Made by a program: the position numbers and the translations under genes
Notes under the pieces: model-generated
Told to the model about the DNA's origin: nothing
Database searches by the model: none
Seen by the model: only the letters and a program-made list of their open reading frames with translations
Shown here: positions 11,813 through 25,002 of the stretch, one piece after another
Position numbering within the stretch: the first letter of the stretch is position 1
How the letters are laid out: each line of letters opens with the position of its first letter
Origin: Octopus sinensis
Taxonomy: Eukaryota
Assembly: GCF_006345805.1 (NCBI RefSeq)
Contig: NC_043025.1
Span: 14,260,001 to 14,324,000 of the forward strand
DNA length: 64,000 nt
Reading direction: 5' to 3'

Positions 11813-12139
11813 TGGAAAAAACACCCTCTTGGATGGCGTTTGTCAGAAATCAAGTGGGGAGATAAATGACATTTGCTTTGCTAATTTTATGCCAACAATT
11901 TTGTGGTGACCCCTATTCTAGACTGGCACTTTCTCTTTTAACCCCGCCTTTTTTTCTTTTTTTTTTTTCAAACTGACCCCGAGAGGATGAAAGGCAAAAC
12001 TGACCTCAACGGGGATTGAACCCAGAACTTAAAAAACTGGAAACAAATGTCGCAAGACCTTCTAAACGACATTTTGAACGATAAGAGCAGTTCACCGCCC
12101 AAAACTTCTAGGTATTAAATAATGACTCACATGTAAATG

Positions 12140-12445
12140 AGAGGGGGGTAGGATGGGGGTGGACGATAAGTGAGGGGGAGGAGATTAAAAAGCAACTTAA
12201 AACAGATGTTTAGATCAGTGAGAGAGAGTTGATAGACTTTGTAAAACTACTTTAGGAAGGACTTTGAAAGAAGAGGGTGAGAGGAGGGGGTGATGAGAAA
12301 TGGGGGTGAGAAGTAGAGGGGGATAGAAAGAGAGAGAGAGAGAATGAGAGAAGGGGGATAGAATGAGAGAGAGAAAGAGGGGTGAAAAAATACGAGAGAG
12401 AAGTAAGAGAATAAGGGAATGAGAGGCAGAGAGAGAAGAAGACAG

Positions 12446-12493
<48 letters not shown>

Positions 12494-13500
12494 AAGTAAG
12501 AGAAAGAGAATGAAAGAGAGAACAAGTGAGAGGGAGAGAGAGAGAGAGAAGGAAGAGACTAACAAAGAAAGACAGAGAGATGAGAAAGAGAGAGTGGGGG
12601 GGAAACCAATTAAGACAATCGTAAGAACAAGAATCTCTCAGTACTACAACCTCCACTCACACTCACACACACCACTCCACCTCCACTCATAAATGCTCCT
12701 CCACTGCACTACCCACACTCAAGACGATTCCTCCACCCCCACATACACACCACCTCTACCTTTATAGACAATTTCATCTCCATTCCATCCACGACCCCCA
12801 CTTACACTCCAGTCCACCTCCCCTCTTTAGGAAGTCAGACTAATTAGAACGTTTCTTAAGTGGTAGGTACTACTGCTGCTACTACTATTACAAACGATTA
12901 TAATTGAGGGGTAGTGGGAGATGAGAGAAAACTGGAGGGGGAGAGAGGGAGAGAGAGAAAACTGGAGGGAGGGAGAGAAAGAAGGAATGAAAGAAAATTG
13001 AAGAGGAGAGAGAGACAGAATGAGAAAGTGAGAAAATTGGAGGGGAAGAGAGAGAAGGAAAGAAAATAGGAGGGAGAGGAGAGAGAAAACAAGAGAGAAA
13101 GGGAGAACAGGAGAGAGTGAGGAGAGAAAGAGGGAGAAGACAAGAGATGGAGAGAGAGAGAGAGAGAGATGAGAAAGGTGAGAAAATTGGAGGGGAAGAG
13201 AGAGAAAGAGAGAGAAGGCAAGAGATGGAGAGAGAACAGGAGAGAGAGAGAGAGAGAGAGAGAGATGAGAAAGGTGAGAAAATATGAAAATTAGGAAAAA
13301 AAAGGGACTATTTCAAAGCATGAAAGTGTGGAGGGGACGGCAGAGACAAAGTATGTTTGGAAGAGAGAGGGGGGAGAGAAAGAGAGAGAGGGAGAGAGAG
13401 AGAGAGAGGGGTTGTGAGTGAACATATGGAGGGGGGTTAGCGAAATAAAAAAAAAAGGGGGGAATCCGAAATAGGTTCCAGAGAGAGAGGGGGAACGGGG
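12140..13500. repeat. Purine-rich (GA)n tracts with an internal repeated motif, interrupted by a CCAC-rich block at ~12640-12830
   Basis: (GA)n runs; gagaaaggtgagaaaattggagggg recurs at ~13025, 13170 and 13265. Confidence 0.85.
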
Positions 13501-13961
13501 GGGGGGGGGTAGGAGGACCACGGAGGAGAGTCCGAGGGGTGGGGGGTAGAGACAAACAAAAAAAATATAAGTTACATTTTATACTAATGAGTTGACAACA
13601 GGGGGGGAGACGGAGGAGCAATGTGTGGTTGCGCTGAGGTGTTGCTGGTATTTGAAGCGGGGGGGGAGGGTGCCTAGGGTTTGAAGTAGAGACAGAAAGA
13701 GAGAAAGAGAGAGCTGTATAGTTATGGAGTGACTGGAAAAGGGGGGCTGAAGGCTCTTTGAGGGTCCCTCCCCCCTCTCTCAGACAATTCGCCACCACCA
13801 CCACCATCGCCACCCCAGTGCCACAATATGCTTCAACAGATGTTGTGAAAACGACTTGGCCAATAAGGGGAATGCCTTGTAACAGCCGGGTGCCTTGCAA
13901 GAAAGAGAAGCCAAATCTCACTCATGTCACACCATAGTCTTTCAAACAACAACAAAACAAA

Positions 13962-14705
13962 AACAAAAAGTGAACGCATTAGATAATGTAGTCCTAGATA
14001 CACTATGTCTGAGTAAAAGGCTGGATGGTCACAGCTGGAACATCTTTGATCATAGGTCTGTCTGGATCAGGACTAAACTGGGGATAAATGACCAAAAAGA
14101 AGGATACATTAGGTAATGTAGTCCTAGATACACTGTGTCTGAATAAAAGACACGATGGTCACAGCTGGAACTTCTTTGATCAAAAGTCTACTGGATCAGG
14201 ACTGACCTGGGATTAAACAACAAGGAAGGACACATTAGATAATGTAGTCCTAGATACACTAAGCCTCAATCAAAGACAGGATGGTCACAGCTGGAACATC
14301 TTTGATCATAAGTCTCCTACAGGAGGACTCACCTGGGGTTAAACAAGAAACAACACATCCAATTATATGGTCCTAGAAATACTATGTCTAAATGAAAGAC
14401 AGGATGGTCACAGCTGGAATGTCTTTGATCATAGGTCAGCTGGATCAAGAATGATCTGATGTAAAACAGCCAAGAAGGGCACATTAGATAATGTAGTCCT
14501 AGATACACTATGCCTCAATCAAAGACAGGATGGTCACAGATGGAACTTCTTTGATCAAAAGTCTACTGGATCAGGACTGACCTGGGGCTAAACAACAAGG
14601 AAGAACACATTATATAATGTAGACCTAGATACACTATGCCTGAATATAAGACAGGATGGTCACAGCTGGAAATCTGAGGTCAGGTCACCTGTACTAGGGC
14701 TAAAT
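13962..14705 (+). repeat. Tandem array of ~126-bp family E tail units (about 6 copies)
   Basis: aatgtagtcctagatacac anchors at 13985, 14115, 14241, ~14364, 14490 and 14616. Confidence 0.9.
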
Positions 14706-15149
14706 ATTAAAAAAAACACGAAAGTGACACTAAAATGGAATTAATGCCATCAGAGTTAATTGCTTAATTATATCATTACAAAATATCATCTGCATGATAC
14801 ACTCATTATTTTCGTTGGCTCGTTAACGCTGAAACGAGCAACATGTTCATTAAATCAGTTTTTCATATTTACATCCATTTTCCCCTGGCTTAGCATGTGT
14901 TAGGGCAGTGGTTTTCAGCAGGGGTCTTGCGTATGACCCTTTGCTGGGGGCACAGAAGATTTTGTTTATAATTCAGTGCAAAAAATTGGTGATGATGTGA
15001 GATCATTTTGGGTCCTGAGCTTGAAGCAGGATTTCCTTAATTGTTCGTTATTCTCAGTCTTCAACGAATGTGAGAAATCCATTGAAGATGGTTCTTGAGA
15101 GGTTTAATAACTTCGTAAGAGGGACTCAATACTTTCTGAGTATAAAGTG

Positions 15150-15622
15150 GAGAGCTGGCAGAAACATTAGCACACTGGGTGAAATGCGCAGCGGTATTTC
15201 GTCTGCCATTACATTCTGAGTTCAAATTCCGCCGAGGTCGACTTTGCGTTTCATCCTTTCGGGGTCGATAAATTAAGTACCAGTTATGCACTGGGGGCGA
15301 TGTAATCGACTTAAACCATTTGTCTGTCCTTGTTTGTCCCCTGTGTGTGTAGCCCCTTGTGGGCAGTAAAGAAATAGGTATTTCGTCTGTCTATGTTGGG
15401 GGAGAAACACAGACATACAAACACATAGACACGCATATATATATATACACATATATACGACAGGCTTCTTTCAGTTTCCGTCTACCAAATCCACTCACAA
15501 GGCTTCGGTCGGCCTGAGGCTATAGTAGAAGACACTTGCCCAAGATGCCATGCAGTGGGGCTGAACCCGGAACCATGTGGTTGGTAAGCAAGCTTCTTAC
15601 CACACAGCCACTCCTACGCCTA
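15150..15622. mobile_element. Family B SINE (plus, 15150-15385) abutting a partial family A SINE (minus, 15395-15622)
   Basis: Direct match to the other B and A copies. Confidence 0.82.
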
Positions 15623-16607
15623 TAACTATTTCAGTCATTGGGGGTACTGTCTTGAAGGGTTTATTTGAATAAATTGGGCCCAGTACAAGATTTCAAAGTC
15701 AATCAGGGGCCAAGTGTATTTTCTGGTTCCAAGGTGCATTTGCAGCGCATAGGATGTGTCCGTGTGTCCTGTTGTCTACCGAGACTTGTTTGGATCTTAT
15801 TCGTGCTTCAACGTTGATGAAGAAACAAAGACAAAACCCAAAGACTTCCAAGTCTCTCTCTCTCTGTCTTTCACATCGTTAATACTGCCAACACCACCAT
15901 GACCAACACCAACAACTTTTGTCTTCTCTCTCAGGGTTTCCCTCTTCTGCTCCATCCTCCCCCCCACCTCATCCACCATCACCATCTTTTCTCTCTCTTT
16001 CTCTCTCTGTCAAGTGAACCTATCTCCACCAAACCAGTTTTAATGCCATCTGGCAGCGAAGGGGGACAGGGTGGGGTGGGGAGAGGATACATCATCATTA
16101 TTATTATTACTATTATTATTATTATTGTTTCCAACAAGGAAACAAAAAGTGATAAAACTTGAATTAAGTTGCTGAAGAAAACTGAGACTGAAGAGGATGA
16201 AAAAAAAAAAGAAGAGGAGGTCCCAACCCAACCCACCCGTCCATCCACCCACATCCACCCTAGACAGATAGAGTAAGACAGAAAGCACTCTCGCTTTCTC
16301 TCCTCTTCCTCCACCTCCCCCATCTTCTGACATTCCAGGAACACAGTTTTATAATTAGTTACATTCCTTCTACAGATTGCAAAGAACGACCGAGATTCAC
16401 CATCACCACCACCACCACTGCCATCCTCGACATCACCATCATAATTGCCATTCTCCTCATCAACACAATCATCATCATTATTACTACTACTACTACTACT
16501 ACTACTACTATTATTATTATTATTACTAATATTATTACTATTTTAATTCTCCTCATCATCATCATCATTATTACTATTATTGTTGTTATTATTATTATTA
16601 TTATTCT

Positions 16608-17165
16608 TGAGTGAGAGAGCAGAGCAGTGCATGCCATCAGAGTGACACTGGGGTACAAATATACAAAGCCAAGAATACCCATCATGACTACCCGTCTGAT
16701 AAGGGTACACCAGGCACATGCATCACAACCATATGTGTGCGACATGGTAATCTCATATCAGGATAAACTGCGCATGACTTTGCAGGTGGGGCCCAGTTAG
16801 AATTTTCTTCTGGTCGTGTAACCCATCCCGCTCAAAAGGTCCCTGAATAAGGGTTGTTTAAGGATGTTGAACAAAACACTTATGTTTCCAGAGGTGAATT
16901 ATCCAAACCCCAAAGAATTCCTCTCATCACATGGCTATGATTTTCCCCCACTACTTCTGCTCGTGATCAGAGATGCACATATCGTCAGCCACTAAGGGAC
17001 ATGCTCAACTGGTTAACGTCAAACAACTGACAAGCAAATCTGTGGTATTGAGCGCAGAATATTTGCTGTAGTCAATCTTTTATACCAAGACAAAACAATG
17101 TACATGATAACACTTCCAATCAGTTAAGATCAGAAGCCATGAGAGCCACTGCCTGGGACTGCATC
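16608..17165. mobile_element. Family C, ~557-bp fixed-length element next to (ATT)n
   Basis: Near-identical along its length to 31838-32394. Confidence 0.82.
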
Positions 17166-17204
17166 TTAGAGGTTTGGATAATTCACCTTTGGGGAAGCCC
17201 ACTG

Positions 17205-17848
17205 AGTGTCTTCTATAGCTCTGGGTCAACCAATGCCTTTTGAATGGATTTGGTAGATGGAAACTGTGGGAAGCCTTGAATCGGCTTTTTCCCTTGGATA
17301 ACAGCAGGGTTGTAGAGAGGAGTGGCTGGTATGCATGGGCGACTGCTGGTCTTCCATAAACAACCTTGCCTGGACTCGTGTGCCTTGGAGGATAACTTTC
17401 TAGGTGCAATCCCATGGTCATTCATGAATGAAGGGGGTCTTTACCCTTTGTATATGTAATAAAGGTGCATGGCTCAGTGGTTAGAGCATCAGGTTTACAA
17501 TCATGAGGTAATGAGTTCGATTCCCGGACTGGGCTGTGTGTTGTGTTCTTGAGCAAGACACTTTATTTCAGGTTGCTCCAGTTCACTCAGCTGTAAAATT
17601 GAGTTGCGACATCACTGGTGCCAAGCTGTATCAGCCCCTTTTCCTTTCCCTTAAATAACAGCAGGGTTGCAGAGAGGAGTGGCTGGTATGGAATTCTTAG
17701 TGGTATTTCGTCTGTCACTACGTTCTGAGTTCAAATTCCGCCGAGGTCAACTCTGCCTTTCATCCTTTCGGGGTCAATTAAATAAGTACCAGTTATGCAC
17801 TGGGGTCGATATAATCGACTTAATCCGTTTGTCTGTCCTTGTTTGCCC
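17205..17848 (+). mobile_element. Cluster: CORE-type SINE 3' part (17205-17452), family K CORE-SINE head (17462-17690), truncated family B (17695-17848)
   Basis: TGGCTCAGTGGTTAGAGC / GAGTTCGATTCCC boxes, then tgtgttcttgagcaagacacttt; ccttggataacagcagggttg tail block present twice. Confidence 0.72.
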
Positions 17849-18229
17849 AAGGTGCCACGCAGAAGGATTGAACCTGAAATTGTGTGAATGCAAACTAAGC
17901 TTCTTAACCTCACACACCATTCCTGCGACCAAATATAGAATGAAATAAAAGCAGACACGGGTACCATAACCTTTGGGTTGCAGGGGTCAAGGATCAAGAG
18001 CAGTGACCAATGAAGGGCTGGTCGTTTGTTAAGGTACCTGACACTATTCCTAGGGTGTTATGGTTCAATGAACTTTGACCTCAATTTATTTCTGGGTCAG
18101 TAAAGGAATGTAGTTAAACCATCTACACCAAAATGTCTTGTCAGACTGGTTTGCCAAGAGTGGAGGGGGATAGAGACAGGGGTGGGCAGGAGAGGTATAC
18201 AGACACAGAGTGTGTGTGTGTTTTTGTAC

Positions 18230-18465
18230 TAATTTTGTATTTATATTCGTGTAACATCGTCCGTTTTTCTGTCCTTGTTTCGTATACATTCGATCCTTCT
18301 TCCAAGGAATCTAATGCTCTTAGCTTAGTTTTTCCTTGGGGCTGGTCGGATCGGAGCAATCTCAGGATTAATCAGCCGAAATTGCGAGGATGATCCGATT
18401 CTTGACTGAGGATTAAAGGCTTCAAATGACCCATCCGTGTTTTTTGTATCGTCTTCTAAACATTT
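18230..18465 (+). mobile_element. Fragment of the 795-1345 repeat family, extending it further 5'
   Basis: gcaatctcaggatt..gaaattgcgaggatgatccgattcttgactgagga..ccgtgttttttgtatcgtcttctaaa matches 797-900. Confidence 0.72.
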
Positions 18466-18547
18466 TGCATTCTTATCCCATTTTATATTTTATACACACA
18501 CACACGCATGTATATCAAAGAGTATGTGTGTACACAATGTTAAATGA

Positions 18548-18579
<32 letters not shown>

Positions 18580-18581
<2 letters not shown>

Positions 18582-18965
18582 GGCGCAGGAGTGGCTGTGT
18601 GGTAAGTAGCTTGTTTACCAACCACATGGTTCCGGGTTCATTCCCACTGCGTGGCACCTTGGGCAAGTGTCTTCTACTATAGCCTCGGGCCGATCAAAGC
18701 CATGTGAGGGGATTTGGTAGACGGAAACTGAAAGAAGCCCGTCGTATATATGTATATGTGTGTGTGTGTGTTTGTGTATGTTTGTCCACCCCCAACCTTG
18801 CTTGATAACCGATGCTGGTGTGTTTACGTCCCCGTAACTTAGCGGTTCGGCAAAAGAGACTGATAGAATAAGTACTAGGCTTACAACGAATAAGTCCTAG
18901 GGTTGATTTGTTCGACTAAAGGCAGTGCTCCAGCATGGCCACAGTCAAATAACTGAAACAAGAAC
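18580..18965 (+). mobile_element. SINE family A, full length
   Basis: aggcgcaggagtggctgtgtggtaag to gactgaaacaag. Confidence 0.88.
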
Positions 18966-19609
18966 ACACACACACATAGGCAGGTAGGTATGTATGTATG
19001 TAGGTAGGTAGGTAGGTAAGTAGAGATAGGAAGGTAGATGAACAGGTAGATAGATTTATATGCTGAAAACCCTGTGGGAGAAAGACAGACGGACAGATAA
19101 AGAGAGAGAGAGAGATAGAAAGAGCTGAGGAATAGAATATCTCTTCCTGTCCTTCCCCCTCCCTCTCACTAACGTTCCTTACTTTCTTTATCCCCCCCCT
19201 CACCAAAACCTTACCAAACTACAACAACAACCCCCCCCCGAATCAAACTCCACAGGACCAAATACCAACTGGAGCAGACCCTCGAGACCCACCTCAGGGT
19301 AGTGTAGGGTAGAAACGCACCCTTATTTAATTACCTGTGGTGAACTGTTCAGGGTAGAAGAACACCCTGTAGTGGTACCACCACATCTGTGCTGATAAGC
19401 ATAACGAATCTTTAATTAAACCAACAGATAATTACCCTAATTTATATTAACTACTTTTAATCTGGGGGGATTAACCTAATTTTATTTTATTACTATTTTG
19501 GTGGGGGTGCATGGATTTCAGACGCTTCCTCTTCAGTAGGTAGATGGGTTCAAGTTTGAGAACATGGTCGATAATTTGCCCATGGGCAAAGGTTTCCCCT
19601 CCCTCGACA

Positions 19610-20192
19610 TTGCTGAGATACATGGTGGCCTGACCTGTTAGATATAAGAGCTAATTCTCCCTGAAATTATATCACTGTCTTTATAAAAAATGGATAGAAT
19701 TAGTGGGTGGATGTAGTCCTAGATACATTGACAGGATGGTCATAAGTGGAACGTCTTCAATCAAAGGTCTGTGGTATCAGGGCCAACCTTGGACTAAACA
19801 ACAAAAAAGGACACATTTGATAATGTAGTCTAAGATACACTATGTCTAAATAAAAGACAGGATGGTCATGCTGGTGGCACGTAAAAAGCACCATTCGAGT
19901 GTGGCAGATGCCAATGCCCCCTGACCGGCACCTGTGCTGGTGGCACATAAAAAGCACCTTTCAAACGTGGTTCGTGCCAGTGCTGCTTGACTGTCCCCAC
20001 CCCCCATGCCGGTGGCACCCACTACATTCTTGGGGTGGTTGGCGTTAGGAAGGACATCCGGCTGTAGAAACCTTGCCAGATCAGATTGGAGCCTGGTGCA
20101 GCCACCTGGTTCGCCAGTCCTCAGTCAAACCGTCCAACCCATGCCAGCATGGAAAAACGGATATTTAAACAACAACAACAATGATGATGAAG
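19610..20192 (+). mobile_element. Family E (head plus 1.5 tail units, 19610-19865) fused to family D (19866-20192)
   Basis: tgtagtcctagatac/gacaggatggtca motifs followed by gctggtggcacgtaaaaagcacc and ggaaggacatccggctg. Confidence 0.72.
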
Positions 20193-20650
20193 ATATATAT
20201 ATAATATATATATATTTATATTTACGCATTTACGCACTTGAAAAACATGAGAGGTTTTACGCAACAGAATTTAACAACCCAAACATTTCTTTCCTCTCAT
20301 CGCATAACACACTTACTCCAGTTACCATAATAGTTACTTCCCCACACCTCTACGGAATGATGTAAAGATACACCACATTCTTCTAGCGTACGGGGTTACC
20401 TGATATGAGAACCACTCCAAGTCGGAAGAGCTTTATGAATGATAATATGCGACATACTTCATTCATACAATGACTGAACTGCCATCTTAATATCTGATGT
20501 GATAATAGAGATCACCGTTAATCCTGGTCACGGGATTTGCAAGTTTGCTCGGGCGAGGGTCTTTTACCTAAGCCCCAGGTCGACCATAGCATCATTAGTG
20601 AATCTGTGAGATGGAAACAGAAAGAAGCCTGTCATACATATACCTGCATA

Positions 20651-20700
<50 letters not shown>

Positions 20701-20794
20701 CATCATCATCGTTTAACGTCCGTTTCCATGCTAGCATGGGTTGGACGGTTCGACCGGGGATATGGGAAGCCAGAGGCTGCCCCAGGCTCCAGTC

Positions 20795-20894
20795 NNNNNN
20801 NNNNNNNNNNNNNNNNNNNNNNNNNNNNNNNNNNNNNNNNNNNNNNNNNNNNNNNNNNNNNNNNNNNNNNNNNNNNNNNNNNNNNNNNNNNNNN
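20795..20894. other. Assembly gap (100 N)
   Basis: Run of N; left side ends inside a minus-strand family D copy (20700-20794), right side starts in a minisatellite. Confidence 0.99.
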
Positions 20895-21185
20895 CCATCA
20901 TGCACACACACACACACAGAGCATCATGCACACACACACACACACACCATCATGCACACATACACACACACACCATCATGCACACACACACACACACACA
21001 CAGAGCATCATGCACACATACACACACACACCATCATGCACACACGCACACCATCATGCACAACACACACACATCATGCACACATACACACACACACACA
21101 CACCATCATGCACACATACACACACACACACACACAAACACAGCATCATGCACACATACACACACACACACACCATCAAGCATAC
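20895..21185. repeat. Minisatellite CATCATGCA(CA)n, ~22-28 bp units
   Basis: About 12 catcatgcacac repeats. Confidence 0.88.
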
Positions 21186-21189
21186 ATAC

Positions 21190-21640
21190 ACTGAAGCTGA
21201 TGAGAGGTAAGTCTTCTCCAGGATAAGACACCAGTCTCTCAGATGTTAACACTACCCCAGATGATCAGGTACCTACTCTCTTTCTCTCTCTCTCTCACCA
21301 CAGGTAGATATAAACTGAGGTCATGTAGAATATAGTGTTACGGAGACACTGTGATGAGAGATAAATCTCCCCCTGGATAAGACACCAGTCTCTCAGATGT
21401 TAACATTCCCCCAGTTGAATTGCTACCTATTCTCTCCCTCATCACAACCAGGTGTGAACTGAGGGAATGGAGAATATAGCGTTGTGCCACAGAGACACTG
21501 TGATGAGAGATAAATCTCCTCCTGGATAAGATGCTAGTCTATCACAAGTTAACACTCTCCCAGATGATCTGGTACCCTTTCTCTCCCTCATCACAGCCAG
21601 GGGGTAAACTGAATATAGTGCGATGTCACAGAGAGAGACA
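21190..21640. repeat. Three diverged ~150-bp tandem units
   Basis: tgatgagag..ggataaga..cagtct..gttaacact..cccag anchors at 21198, 21352 and 21501. Confidence 0.8.
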
Positions 21641-21794
21641 CAGAATATGGGTGCAAAGATAATATAATGACAAAGATGGACTCAGGTGGGTTTGAAACCA
21701 AAACTTTTCAACTGATAAGTCTACTTCTTATAACCTTTAGGTCATTCGTTTCACATACATGGGGGGGGTGTTGGAGGGGTGGAGAGAAAGAGAG

Positions 21795-22837
21795 TATGTG
21801 TGAGTGTAAGTGAGTGTATGTGTGTGTGTGTGCGTGTGACTGTGAGATTGAGTGTATGAGAGTGTGTGTGAGTATGTGAGTGTGTATGAGTATGCGTGAG
21901 TGTGTATGAATATGCAAGAGTGTGTGTGTATGCAAGAGTGTGTGTATGCAAGAGTGTGTGTGTGTGTATGCAAGAGTGTGTGTGTGTATGCAAGAGTGTG
22001 TGTATGCAAGAGTGTGTGTGTGTATGCAAGAGTGTGTGTGTGTATGCAAGAGTGTGTGTATGCAAGAGTGTGTGTATGCAAGAGTGTGTGTGTATGCAAG
22101 AGTGTGTATGCGTGTGAGTGTGTGTGTGTATATGCAGAGTATGTGTGTATGCGTGTGTGTGTGTATGTGTGTCTGAGTGAGTGTGTGTGTGTGTGTGTGT
22201 GTGTGAGATTGAGTGTATGAGAGTGTGAGTGTGTGTGAGTATGTGTAAGTGTGTGTGTATGTGTATGCATGAGTGTGAGTGTATGCATGATTGTGTGTGT
22301 AAGCGGAGTGTGTGTTTATGCAGAGTGTGTGTGTGTGTGTGTGTCTGCTTGTTAGCTACCTAAGTATGGGTGAGAGTATGTATGCCGTCAGAATGTGAAT
22401 GCGTGTATGTGTATGTGTATACAGATGTTGATAAATATTTAAGTATACGTGGGAGAGCTGTGTGTGTGTGTGTGTGTGTACACACACACACACAAACAGA
22501 TGGATACTTGTTTATATATGACGTAATATATGTAAAGGAGAAAACATACACACACACACACACACACACACGGACATTCATATATAATGTAATATAAGTG
22601 AAGACATATAAACATATACACACATGGGCAGTGGTATCTATGCATATACATACTTATATATAAAAACGTGCACATACCAACATTCATGGGTGTTGGTATG
22701 TGTGCATGTGTATATATACATATATATATATATATGTAAAGAGGGTAGAAAAAGATGTATAAATAGGTAGACAATGAGAATATGAGGTGAAAGACAAGTT
22801 ACACATACACATGTATGTATATATAGATATGTATGTG

Positions 22838-22868
<31 letters not shown>

Positions 22869-23053
22869 ATATATATATGATATATATGTATGTATGTATG
22901 TATGTATTGTGTTTTATGTATATATATATATGTATATATATATATGTATATATATATAATGTATGTGTATTATATATATATATGTTTGTGTGTGTATATA
23001 TATATTATATGTTTGTGTTGTGTTATATATATATATATATATATATATTTGTG

Positions 23054-23086
<33 letters not shown>

Positions 23087-23145
23087 GCATATATATATAT
23101 ATGTATATATATATGTGTGGTGTGTGTGTGTGTATATATATAATA
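21795..23145. repeat. (TG)n/(TA)n tracts including a GTATGCAAGAGTGT minisatellite at 21905-22110
   Basis: Direct inspection. Confidence 0.88.
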
Positions 23146-23621
23146 TCACAGGGATGGTGGGAGAGAGAGAGGGAGAGATGAGAAAGTAAGAATAGAGGAG
23201 GAAGAGAAGGAAAAGAGCAGTTCAGAGAAAACAAAGAACGCAATTGCCAGCCCAGACAACTCAAGAGATAAACATCACCATCATCATCATCATCAGTAAG
23301 AGTGTTGGCAATGTTTAGAGGTGGTAGTCACATAGTTTGGAGAGGTTCATTGGTTTGGTGTAATGTCTGGATTTAGAGTGTTGGGGGGGGGGAGCCTGAA
23401 CATTGTTGCATGGCAACCACACCAACCACCAACTTCAACAACTTTGGGGTGTATCTCTTATATAAAATCCGTTCTGTCTGTCTGTGTGTCTTCTAGGATC
23501 TCGGGCATCCTCCATCCGATTTTTTTCTCCTTTTCTCCCGTACATGTTTCAGTCATTAGACTGCAGCCATGCTGGAGCAACACCTTGAACGATTTCTACT
23601 CAAATGAATTGACCCCCCCAA

Positions 23622-23794
23622 TACACCCACTACACTCTTGGAGTGGTTGGCATTAGGAAGGGCATCCAGCTGTAGAAACACTGCCAGATCAGACTGGAGC
23701 CTGGTGCAGCCATCTGGCTTCCCAGATCCCCGGTCGAACCACCCAACCCATGCCAGCATGGAAAACGGACGTTAAACGATGATGATGATGATGA

Positions 23795-23831
<37 letters not shown>

Positions 23832-24050
23832 TACACCTTGCCAGCCTCCCCTGGCACCCGTGCCGGTGGCACGTAAAAAGCACCCACTACACTCACGGAG
23901 TGGTTGGCATAAGGAAGGGCATCCAGCTGTAGAAACACTGCCAGATCAGACTGGAGCCTGGTGCAGCCTCCTGGCTTCCCAGAACCCCGGTCGAACCGTC
24001 CAACTCATGCCAGCATGGAAAACGGACGTTAAACGATGAATGATGATGAT
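23622..24050 (+). mobile_element. Two tandem family D copies (23622-23797, 23835-24050)
   Basis: cacccactacactc..ggaagggcatccagctgtagaaacactgccagatcagactggagc..aaacggacgttaaacgatg twice. Confidence 0.85.
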
Positions 24051-24214
24051 GTATGTATGTATGTATGGTAGGGTGCTGAAAGGTTCCTGGTTTTGGGTAA
24101 AAAAAAATACAAAAGAAGCAATTAGGATTTTATTGAACATATTCCCCCCACCCACTATCCCAGATCTACACACTTATTGCCATACTGTGTTTAATAACAC
24201 AAAACTATCTCCAT

Positions 24215-24660
24215 TTAATTAATGTAGTCCTAGATACACAATGCCTGAATAAAAAACAGGGATGGTCACAGCTGGAACATTTTTGATCACAGGTCTACTG
24301 GATCAGGACTGACCTGGGGCTAAACAACAATAAGGGAGAACATGTTAGATAATGTAGTCCTAGGTACACTATGCCTGAATAAAAGACAGGATGGTCACGG
24401 CTGGAGCATCTTTGATCATAGGTCTGCTGGATCAGGACTGACCTGGGGCTAAACAACAAGGAAGGACACATTAAATAATGTAGTCCTAGATACACTATGT
24501 CTGAATAAAAGACAGGATGGTCACAGCTGGAACATCTTTGATCACAGGTCTACTGGATCAGGACTGACCTGGGGCTAAACAACAAGGTAAGACACAGATA
24601 ATGTAGTCCTAAAATAAAAGACAGGATGGTCACAGCTGGAGCATCTTTGATCATAGGGCT
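24215..24660 (+). repeat. Tandem array of family E tail units (about 3.5 copies)
   Basis: aatgtagtcc anchors at 24221, 24351, 24477 and 24600. Confidence 0.88.
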
Positions 24661-25002
24661 GTCAAACCCAATCTAATCTGGGGGTAGAACCCTGATATAA
24701 TAATAATATTAATTCACCACAATCCACGTCACACACAATGGTTGACAGTCACCATCAATCAAATGACACGAAAGCCTACATAATGTCCTTTACGGTTTCT
24801 GGTTCGCATATTCATTAACCTACTTCTAACGAGCTATTTATGGTGGAATGAAAACAGTCGGCTGCTGCTGCTGCTGCTGCTGCTTCCAAAAGAGCACCTC
24901 AGACAGAGATAGGGTGGCATCTCACCTTTGCCCACAAACACAGAGGTCTTATTGTTTTACTCACTCAGTGGCTGTTGTTTTTGTTTTTTGTCGTAAGAAA
25001 AG

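Noticed and set aside
14903-15060. hAT-like start CAGTGGTTTTCAGC
   Set aside because: No matching right TIR or TSD found; too degenerate to call
19510-19545. CTGAAGA..GAAA on the minus strand
   Set aside because: No stem III or valid NUH site (position 17 would be G) and no stem I pairing
20564-23264. Many HT/CV/YI-repeat ORFs, here and at 7.3-8.7, 32.5-33.2, 43.3-44.1 and 54-58.9 kb
   Set aside because: Translations of dinucleotide microsatellites; some span the N gap
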